DNA from: a virus
Length of the DNA stretch: 40,732 nt
Direction: 5' to 3' (one strand)
Virus record (IMG/VR): IMGVR_UViG_3300045942_000027
Location: 1-40,732 of that record
In this document: piece after piece, positions 35,355-40,732 of the stretch
Numbering within the stretch: the first letter of the stretch is position 1
Layout: the number at the start of each line of letters is the position of its first letter
Translations under genes and position numbers: made by a program
Notes under the pieces: model-generated
The model's database searches: none
What the model saw: the letters and a program-made list of their open reading frames with translations, nothing else
Told to the model about the DNA's origin: nothing

Positions 35355-35720
35355 TTAGGCCTCCACCAGTGCTGAACGGACGCGCTTTTCGTAGTCGGCT
35401 TGAGCGGCGGCTTTCGCTTCTTTTACTGTGTCGAACTTTGCTAGCGGCGTTTTGGCTCTGTTGAAGTATATGTACGAGAGGCCGCCTAACAGGTTGATGT
35501 CGTACTTGCCGACCACCGAAGCCGTGGTGCACTCACCGTTGTCGAACGTAAACCATTCCAACGGTTTAATCTGCACTGGCCGGTCTCTCTCCGCCATGAT
35601 GGCGCGGGCGATGATCTTGACAGCGTCGTCCCAGTCATTCACCGGGACCATATTCCACGCGGTTTGATCAAGCGCATATTCCGCAGCCTTCATCACGTCT
35701 TCGGGGATTTCAGTCTGCAT
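35355..35720 (-). CDS. Hypothetical protein (121 aa) ending in an AAAQADYEKRVRSAL module
   Basis: ATG 35720 preceded by AGGAG. The 184-aa ORF-track form overlaps the upstream gene. Shares a module with 5186..6106. Confidence 0.5.
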   Translation of the reverse strand: MQTEIPEDVMKAAEYALDQTAWNMVPVNDWDDAVKIIARAIMAERDRPVQIKPLEWFTFDNGECTTASVVGKYDINLLGGLSYIYFNRAKTPLAKFDTVKEAKAAAQADYEKRVRSALVEA

Positions 35721-36033
35721 GGGAGGACTCCTGCCTGGAGAAGTTAGAAACCACGTATGCTTGCTGCCAGTCGATGTTTCCCTTAGGCAGCACTTGGCTA
35801 AAATAGATGACGCGCCCCCACTTCGGGTCTGGGTGAATGCTGACGAAACCAATCGGCACATACTCGGTCCCCGTAACGACCTCTTCTTGAGCGGAAATGC
35901 CAGCCTCAAGCATGAGCTTGGCGCGGTCGCGAAAACGAACCTTGTCGACGGCTCCTAAAGCATCAAATGTGCGACCAGCAAAATCGGCGTCTGCTCGAGC
36001 TGCCCTGTCAATCATCTCGTCACTTATCGACAT
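35710..36033 (-). CDS. Hypothetical protein (107 aa)
   Basis: ATG 36033 lies 7 nt after GAGGAG. Confidence 0.5.
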   Translation of the reverse strand: MSISDEMIDRAARADADFAGRTFDALGAVDKVRFRDRAKLMLEAGISAQEEVVTGTEYVPIGFVSIHPDPKWGRVIYFSQVLPKGNIDWQQAYVVSNFSRQESSHAD

Positions 36034-36092
36034 TGTTGTTCTCCTCATCCGTCAGCTCAGGACAAATCCACTCAGCGAACCAAGCGGCCCAA

Positions 36093-36482
36093 TCACGCGC
36101 CCACATCGCCAGAGCGTGTCTCCGCTCGAAGCTTAGCCATTGCACGAAGGCGGGCGGTCTTTTCGATGTATTCTGCATGGTCTTGCCGTGCCCTCCGCAC
36201 TTGTTCTGCGGTCTCGTAAAGTTCCATCATCTGGAAATGCTTCACGATTTCGCTTTCTTTGTTCCACCACCCTCGTAGGCGGCGCTCGGTCCATTTGTTC
36301 TGCGGGTCTTCCTTGTGCGGGAACCGCTTGTTCAGTTCCTTGACTGCGGAGTAGAACATTTCTCCGACACGGCGCTTTCCGCCGATCACTTCGATCAAGC
36401 TGTTAGCCATCGCTACATCAGACATTTGCTTGCTCATTCCCTTATCAAGGCTTCCCGAATCTTCGGGGGAAATACCCGGCAT
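36093..36482 (-). CDS. Hypothetical protein (129 aa)
   Basis: ORF track. Its SD GGAGA (36491..36495) lies inside a 10-bp stem. Confidence 0.55.
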   Translation of the reverse strand: MPGISPEDSGSLDKGMSKQMSDVAMANSLIEVIGGKRRVGEMFYSAVKELNKRFPHKEDPQNKWTERRLRGWWNKESEIVKHFQMMELYETAEQVRRARQDHAEYIEKTARLRAMAKLRAETRSGDVGA

Positions 36483-36485
36483 GTT

Positions 36486-36530
36486 CTGCGTCTCCTGTGG
36501 TTATCTGCTCTCGTTCACACGGAGACGCAG
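36486..36530 (-). promoter_or_regulatory. 10-bp stem / 25-nt loop hairpin sequestering the SD of the 36093..36482 gene
   Basis: ctgcgtctcc (36486..36495) pairs perfectly with ggagacgcag (36521..36530). On the minus-strand RNA the 3' arm GGAGACGCAG contains the SD 8 nt from the ATG. Confidence 0.5.
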
Positions 36531-36662
36531 ATGGGCCACAGGCATGAAAATGATGGGATCGCAGGCAAAGCTGGTAACGATGTCCGCGATCCCGGCCCGC
36601 CGCATCTGACGAACCTAATTTCGTTTCCAAAGAGCAAAACGCCGCTTCCCCGCTCTTTGGCT

Positions 36663-36698
36663 GCCGATGGCGAGCCGCCCTTGCCATCGGCTTTTATT
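36663..36698 (+). terminator. Plus-strand intrinsic terminator inside the minus-strand early operon, preceded by a second 9-bp hairpin (36627..36660)
   Basis: GCCGATGGC-GAGCCGCCCTT-GCCATCGGC followed by TTTTATT. On the minus strand no U-tract follows the stem. Confidence 0.5.
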
Positions 36699-36819
36699 GA
36701 TCTAGGAGAAGCTACACAGGCCGTCGTGTTGAGACTGGCGAAGGGCTTTCCGAAGATAAAAGTTTTGCGGGCTGATGACTGGGAGGAAGACACCAGCCCG
36801 CGCTAACCGCCCCTGGAGT

Positions 36820-36927
36820 TCAGCGGTCAGAACTTGCGCGCATAAGCGCCAGGACAAATACGGTGATGATTGAGCCGGACATTGCGCCGGCAAAGAACCA
36901 TGCCCCCGCTTGGAAAGCACCACTCAT
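36820..36927 (-). CDS. 35-aa hydrophobic peptide (possible membrane micro-protein)
   Basis: ATGA-coupled to the upstream micro-ORF. Sequence MSGAFQAGAWFFAGAMSGSIITVFVLALMRASSDR. Confidence 0.35.
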   Translation of the reverse strand: MSGAFQAGAWFFAGAMSGSIITVFVLALMRASSDR

Positions 36928-37052
36928 GCCGCCACCCATTCACGGTTGATGCGGTCTACCTCTTCCAGCGCGGCGTATTCAGCCACGGGGATGAGGATTG
37001 CTTCGAGCGCAGTTTCGGTGAGCTTGTCTTTGATGGAGGGGCGCTTCTTCAT
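36924..37052 (-). CDS. 42-aa micro-protein
   Basis: ATGA-coupled to the ACP stop (37049..37052) and to the next ORF (36924..36927). Sequence MKKRPSIKDKLTETALEAILIPVAEYAALEEVDRINREWVAA. Confidence 0.4.
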   Translation of the reverse strand: MKKRPSIKDKLTETALEAILIPVAEYAALEEVDRINREWVAA

Positions 37053-37285
37053 GCCAGCGTCCTCTCAATGAGCAGAACGGCGTCAGCTACAGTCTCAACC
37101 TTCTCAGCAGCGTCGTCATTCAAGATGATGGCAAACTCATCCTCGACAGCCATAAGGATTTCGATGCTGTCCAAGCTGTCGGCACCAAGATCGTCCACCA
37201 GCTTTGAGGACATGGTGACGCTTTCGAGTGGGACACCAACGCAATCCGAAACAATGGTCGCAAACCTATCGAAAATCAGGCTCAT
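37049..37285 (-). CDS. acp: Acyl carrier protein (78 aa) with an intact DSL phosphopantetheine-attachment motif
   Basis: Collinear, same length and roughly 45 % identical by eye to E. coli AcpP. [23 protein letters not shown] aligns with [23 protein letters not shown], with Ser36 conserved. Confidence 0.85.
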   Translation of the reverse strand: [78 protein letters not shown]

Positions 37286-37419
37286 GCTCGCTTCTCCTCC
37301 CGAATATCCCTTGGTGAAATTGCCTTGGCCTTCTCGTAGCCTTCGATCTGTTGCTGAGCGGATAGGTCGATCATTACCGCTTGGAGCTTTGTCTTTTGAC
37401 GGGCTTGGAAAGGGGTCAT
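37282..37419 (-). CDS. 45-aa micro-protein
   Basis: ATGA overlaps at both ends (37416..37419 and 37282..37285). Confidence 0.4.
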   Translation of the reverse strand: MTPFQARQKTKLQAVMIDLSAQQQIEGYEKAKAISPRDIREEKRA

Positions 37420-37847
37420 GCTGCCCTCACATCGTCCTTGTGACCGCTACCGCCGCAATGAGGGCAAGCATTCTCGCCATCTTCGATGAAGCGCGCTTCC
37501 GGGTTGGTGTCGACAAATGCGCGACCTTCCGCGATCATCTTCTTCAACTCTCCAGGCGCGAGGCTCGATGCACCACGTCGAACCTTAGACTCCACGCTCG
37601 GATGTTCCGGCACAACGAAGTGCTGCCAAGCGATCGGCTGCTCACCATTGGCAAAGCCAGACCAGCGGCCAGCATTCTTGCCAACTGGCGGGATCCAGTA
37701 GGACTTGATCACCTTGCCACATCCCGTCGCCGCCCAGATGTAATCCGGAACGAAATCGCTGATCTGGTGAATGCGATCGCCTACCTTACGCTCGCTGTGT
37801 ACCGTCTTGCCGCATGGGGCGGCGGTAATGTCGAAATCCCAGGTCAT
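37416..37847 (-). CDS. Hypothetical protein (143 aa) with a C-terminal CPHCGGSGH zinc knuckle
   Basis: Start MTWDFDI is ATGA-coupled to the upstream stop. Confidence 0.55.
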   Translation of the reverse strand: MTWDFDITAAPCGKTVHSERKVGDRIHQISDFVPDYIWAATGCGKVIKSYWIPPVGKNAGRWSGFANGEQPIAWQHFVVPEHPSVESKVRRGASSLAPGELKKMIAEGRAFVDTNPEARFIEDGENACPHCGGSGHKDDVRAA

Positions 37848-38155
37848 GCTGCCACCTCTGCAGCCGCAATTGCGCGGCGCATGCACTTGAGGACGGCCTT
37901 ATGACCGTGCCCGTCGTTGAACTCGAAAATGGATTGTTTGCCGCAGGCATTGCGCACCGCGCGGATCGCCGCGCCGTAGTCGTCGCCAGAGCATTTCACC
38001 CTCTGGATCGCGCCGACGATATCGAAGCTCTTGGCATGCTCAGAAGAGGGTTTCACTTCATTGCCTCGGGCGTCAAAGGCGATACCGTCACGCGCCCATT
38101 TGTTTGGGCTGGCAATGATCGACAGTGCTTCGGAAAGTACAGCTGCGGCACTCAT
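37844..38155 (-). CDS. Hypothetical protein (103 aa)
   Basis: ORF track. ATGA-coupled to the cro-like gene. Confidence 0.55.
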   Translation of the reverse strand: MSAAAVLSEALSIIASPNKWARDGIAFDARGNEVKPSSEHAKSFDIVGAIQRVKCSGDDYGAAIRAVRNACGKQSIFEFNDGHGHKAVLKCMRRAIAAAEVAA

Positions 38156-38394
38156 GCGACTGTCTCCGGAATGGCGAAGAACTCCTCAGCGTCGAGCTTG
38201 ATCTGGTTTGCCTTTGCATACGCCAACAGTGCTGGCGCATCGCCTTGCGGGATTACGCCGCCAGTACCGCCCCGATCCTTCGGGTACATCCAACGATATA
38301 CGCGAGAGACGTGCTTACCGGTGATCTCAGACACCTTGTCGATGCCGATCTTGGCGATGATGGATTTTGCTGGGTCGAGATGTTTTTCGCTCAT
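38152..38394 (-). CDS. Cro-like HTH regulator (first gene of the leftward early operon)
   Basis: HTH-like KVSEITGKHVSRVYRWMY. Divergent from the CI gene across the operator region. No SD, so possibly leaderless. Confidence 0.6.
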   Translation of the reverse strand: MSEKHLDPAKSIIAKIGIDKVSEITGKHVSRVYRWMYPKDRGGTGGVIPQGDAPALLAYAKANQIKLDAEEFFAIPETVA

Positions 38395-38399
38395 GGAGG

Positions 38400-38486
38400 T
38401 ATAATTGCGATGATCGCAAAATTAAGTCAAGCGATTTTTGCGATATCCGCTATAGCAAAATTTGCGATGTTCGCCAAAATCCGCGC
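38400..38486. promoter_or_regulatory. Immunity control region: three operator-like 15-mers plus divergent promoter candidates
   Basis: Perfect palindrome TTGCGATGATCGCAA at 38405..38419. Imperfect copies start at 38438 and 38462. Leftward promoter candidate TTGACT (38425..38430 rc), N18, AATTAT (38401..38406 rc). Rightward candidate ATAGCA (38452..38457), N17, CAAAAT (38475..38480). Confidence 0.6.
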
Positions 38487-39167
38487 ATGACCGATACTAG
38501 AAAAGAAATCATCGAGTGGATCAGGAACGAACTGGACCGAATGGGCCACGGCGCGAGGATCAAGCTCGCCTCTCATCTAGGCATACGGCCAGAAGGCGTT
38601 ACGCGCATGTTAGGTAAACCCGGCAAGGAAGGTCGAGGCGTTGCCGGGCCGGAACTGGTCAAAATCAGCGAGTTCTTTGGATCGACGCCGCCTGGTCTTA
38701 AATTGGACCTCAATCCGATCGACGTTCAGATTGACACCATCCCTGTACGTGGGAAGGTGGCCGCCAGTTCATGGATGGATGTCGAGGATATGGATTTCGG
38801 CTGGGAGGATATGGAGCCGGTTCCGACGATCAGCGGATACCCAAAAGAGTATCAGTTCGCGTTGATGGTTGAAGGGAACTGCTTAAACAAAAAAGCGGCG
38901 CATGGCGACGTGCTGATTTGCCTTGATATCATCAAAGCTGGCGTACCCTTCAAGGAAGGCCAACTCGTCGTTGTCGAGCGCAAGAAATACGATGGGCAGA
39001 TGGTTCAACGGACGGCTAAGCGAGTTCGGATGACAGCCAAGGGATACGAGCTTTGGCCGGAAAGCACAGACCCGGCGCATCAAGACCCCATTATCCTATA
39101 TGAGGAATCGCCCGGTGAAAGCGCGGTGGTGATCGGCGTTGTTCTATGGATCTTTCGGAAACCTTAG
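38487..39167 (+). CDS. cI: CI-like repressor (HTH plus LexA/S24 peptidase-like C-terminal domain)
   Basis: C-terminal domain aligns with lambda CI: FALMVEGNCLNKK...HGDVLICLD...RTAKRVRM. Start at ATG 38487; the upstream part of the ORF is the operator region. Confidence 0.85.
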   Translation: MTDTRKEIIEWIRNELDRMGHGARIKLASHLGIRPEGVTRMLGKPGKEGRGVAGPELVKISEFFGSTPPGLKLDLNPIDVQIDTIPVRGKVAASSWMDVEDMDFGWEDMEPVPTISGYPKEYQFALMVEGNCLNKKAAHGDVLICLDIIKAGVPFKEGQLVVVERKKYDGQMVQRTAKRVRMTAKGYELWPESTDPAHQDPIILYEESPGESAVVIGVVLWIFRKP

Positions 39168-39343
39168 AACTTCCTCCACCAGACTGACTCGTCAGGCTTC
39201 ATATGCAGCCACATGTAAAGCGTGGTGAGCCTGTCTCGCTCGATCTTGATCCATTCATCTTCGTGACGGCTAGCGCAGCGAGCGACCAAATCTTTCTGGT
39301 CATCGCTCATCCGATGTGTCTGTGTTTGAAGGTATTCGATCAT
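39164..39343 (-). CDS. Small hypothetical protein (59 aa), convergent with cI
   Basis: ATG 39343 lies 6 nt after AGGAGA. Overlaps the cI stop by 4 nt. Confidence 0.45.
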   Translation of the reverse strand: MIEYLQTQTHRMSDDQKDLVARCASRHEDEWIKIERDRLTTLYMWLHMKPDESVWWRKF

Positions 39344-39596
39344 CTCTTTCTCCTTTAGATACACCTCCCCCTTTCGCTTACTGCCCCCATCTCTGGGCTG
39401 CGAACCGGGCAGGACATTTTCAATCACGGTATAGCCAGAGTACCGTTCCCCTTGCGGGAGGTGGTCAACCCCTGCCCCTCTACTGAACCGAAAGACCGAA
39501 ATCGGAATACCGATATCGAGAAAATCAGTCTGGCGTAGACCCTGTGTCAGGTTCCGGCGAACCGGATGGGTTTGTTTGCTCTAGTTATTCCTCAGC

Positions 39597-39857
39597 TCAT
39601 GTCAGCATTCGGACGGTTGAAGCTTCTCTCGAAGTAAGACCCGCCGTGATTTCCGCCTCAGCCTGGGAGACGTCACCGCTTGGGATTGATTTGCCGGAGT
39701 GATCGGCGGCGCGGGGCAAGCCCTCAAAAACCGCTGCCTTTGCACCTCTAAGCGCATTATCTTGGCGGGAACCTCCGATCAGACCCAAGATTTTGTGCTT
39801 TTCAGCGCCTGACAGCACGCGCAACCATTGCGAAGATATACCATTTTTGGTATGCAA
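39597..39857 (-). CDS. Possible small protein (86 aa)
   Basis: ORF track only. Weak SD. Downstream of a leftward promoter candidate. Confidence 0.3.
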   Translation of the reverse strand: MHTKNGISSQWLRVLSGAEKHKILGLIGGSRQDNALRGAKAAVFEGLPRAADHSGKSIPSGDVSQAEAEITAGLTSREASTVRMLT

Positions 39858-39881
39858 TAGCTCTCAAAGCGGCATGCTATC

Positions 39882-39916
39882 AGCCCCGGTCGGATCATCC
39901 CGCCGGGGCTTTTCTT
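39882..39916 (+). terminator. Plus-strand intrinsic terminator upstream of the rightward early promoter
   Basis: AGCCCCGG-TCGGATCATCCCG-CCGGGGCT followed by TTTCTT. Confidence 0.55.
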
Positions 39917-40001
39917 ATGCGCCATGATTCGGTGCGTGTCAAAAATATTTTGCGATCATCGCAATTTTCTGTTTGACAATCTTTTGCGATTGCCGCAAAT
40001 T
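39914..40001. promoter_or_regulatory. Second operator cluster with divergent promoter candidates (rightward early promoter)
   Basis: Perfect palindrome TTGCGATCATCGCAA at 39950..39964. Imperfect TTGCGATTGCCGCAA at 39984..39998. Rightward TTGACA (39973..39978), N17, CAAATT. Leftward TTGACA (39937..39942 rc), N17, CATAAG (39914..39919 rc). Confidence 0.55.
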
Positions 40002-40200
40002 CTCCTCATCAGCCCACCGACTGAAGCTTCCTTGGGAACGACGAAACGGCAGGCGGAATAACAGAACCCCGGAGGTCGCCATGTGAAGGACTGCCCGGAC
40101 AACAGCTATCGGGCCGGGCCTCGAGCACTCCGGTAGCGACCACCAGCCAACCGATGATCTCCCAAGCGGACGAGCGCGGTAGCTGCGAAGAGGAACAAAG

Positions 40201-40722
40201 ATGATCACCCAGTCAGAGCTAAAGCAGCGAATGGATTATGACCCGGCGACGGGCATCTTCACCAGAAAGCATAAAGCGGCTGGATCGCGAAACGCTGCTT
40301 CCTGGAACGCTCAGTTCGCCGGCAAAGTCGCAGGCAGCGCTAACGGTCGCGGGTATGTTTACATCGTTATTGATCGCGTCGCCTACGCAGCGCACCGCCT
40401 TGCCGTCCTTTACGTGACCGGCGGCATTGAAGGCTTCGAGGTCGACCACATCAACGGCATCAGATCGGACAACAGGTTTGAAAATCTGAGACGCGTGAGC
40501 CGAACCGAAAACGCCAGAAACATGCCTCGCAGTAAACGCAACAAGTCGGGAGTGACTGGCGTGTACTGGAACAAGAAGCATCGGAAGTGGACCGCTCAAA
40601 TACTCATGAACGGCGTCAACAACTACCTCGGTGCATTCGATGAAAAAGCCGACGCCATCAGGGCGCGCAAGAAATCGGAAATTGAAAACGGTTTTCACCC
40701 AAACCATGGGCGCGCCGCCTGA
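40201..40722 (+). CDS. HNH_3 endonuclease fused to an AP2 domain; first gene of the rightward operon
   Basis: AHRLAVLYVTG...VDHINGIRSDNRFENLRRVSRTENARN, then SGVTGVYWNKKHRKWTAQILMNGVNNYLGAFDEKADAIRARK. Its 3' end is duplicated at 1..117. Confidence 0.8.
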   Translation: MITQSELKQRMDYDPATGIFTRKHKAAGSRNAASWNAQFAGKVAGSANGRGYVYIVIDRVAYAAHRLAVLYVTGGIEGFEVDHINGIRSDNRFENLRRVSRTENARNMPRSKRNKSGVTGVYWNKKHRKWTAQILMNGVNNYLGAFDEKADAIRARKKSEIENGFHPNHGRAA

Positions 40723-40732
40723 TCGCCCCCCC
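40606..40732. repeat. Terminal overlap, identical to 1..127
   Basis: Exact identity read directly. Confidence 0.95.

Larger units (their letters stand above)
1..40732. mobile_element. Complete circularly closed temperate phage genome (unit length 40,605 bp), podovirus-like structural module
   Basis: Ends overlap exactly by 127 bp. It has an integrase, CI/Cro switch, ERF/SSB/RusA, TerS/TerL, portal, scaffold, capsid, tail fibres and a lysis cassette. No tape measure, sheath or tube genes. Confidence 0.8.

Noticed and set aside
36870-37904. 344-aa plus-strand ORF, the longest ORF in this region
   Set aside because: It is a shadow ORF antisense to the ATGA-coupled minus-strand chain that includes the unmistakable ACP. 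It is Ser/Ala/Arg-rich with no motifs.
1-40732. Dedicated defence or retroelement systems (CRISPR, DGR, retron, restriction-modification, classic toxin-antitoxin pairs)
   Set aside because: No reverse transcriptase, Cas, methyltransferase or recognisable toxin domain was seen in any frame. The 42-aa ORF next to the ACP has a faint Phd-like flavour (ILIPVAEYAALEE), but there is no toxin partner.

Overview
The window is a complete temperate tailed-phage genome. Its last 127 bp (40606..40732) exactly repeat its first 127 bp, so the unit circle is 40,605 bp. G+C looks mid-50s % by eye. The protein motifs remind me of alphaproteobacterial (Rhizobiales-type) phages, but that is an impression only, with no search run.

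Layout:
- **Immunity switch (38.15-39.17 kb):** a divergent leftward Cro-like HTH gene and a rightward CI-like HTH/S24 repressor, separated by three TTGCGAT-N-ATCGCAA-type operators. A second operator pair with divergent promoters lies at 39.94-40.00 kb.
- **Rightward early arm (40.2 kb, across the junction, to 8.05 kb):** HNH-AP2 endonuclease, many small hypothetical genes, ERF annealase, SSB, HNH nuclease and tyrosine integrase, followed by an AT-rich attP-like region.
- **Leftward early arm (38.4 to 31.3 kb):** a chain of ATGA-coupled small genes that includes a canonical acyl carrier protein, then RusA, a DnaA domain-IV protein, an HNH-AP2 endonuclease, an NGN-only NusG paralog and another HNH.
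- **Late leader (30.55-31.32 kb):** a 770-bp non-coding, hairpin-rich region containing a minus-strand intrinsic terminator.
- **Late operon (30.2 to 9.3 kb, minus strand):** TerS, TerL, portal, scaffold, capsid, T7-like tail and internal-virion genes, tail fibres including an SGNH esterase, then holin, SAR endolysin and overlapped spanins.
- **Probable cargo:** an opposite-strand lipoprotein gene inside the tail module and two genes beside attP.

No tape measure, sheath, tail tube, DNA polymerase, helicase, primase, tRNA, CRISPR array or reverse transcriptase was seen.

Most worth a second look: the phage ACP micro-operon, the NusG-paralog plus structured-leader late switch, the CI repressor with altered self-cleavage residues, and the SD-sequestering hairpins.

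All functional calls come from motif recognition by eye; no database search was run.
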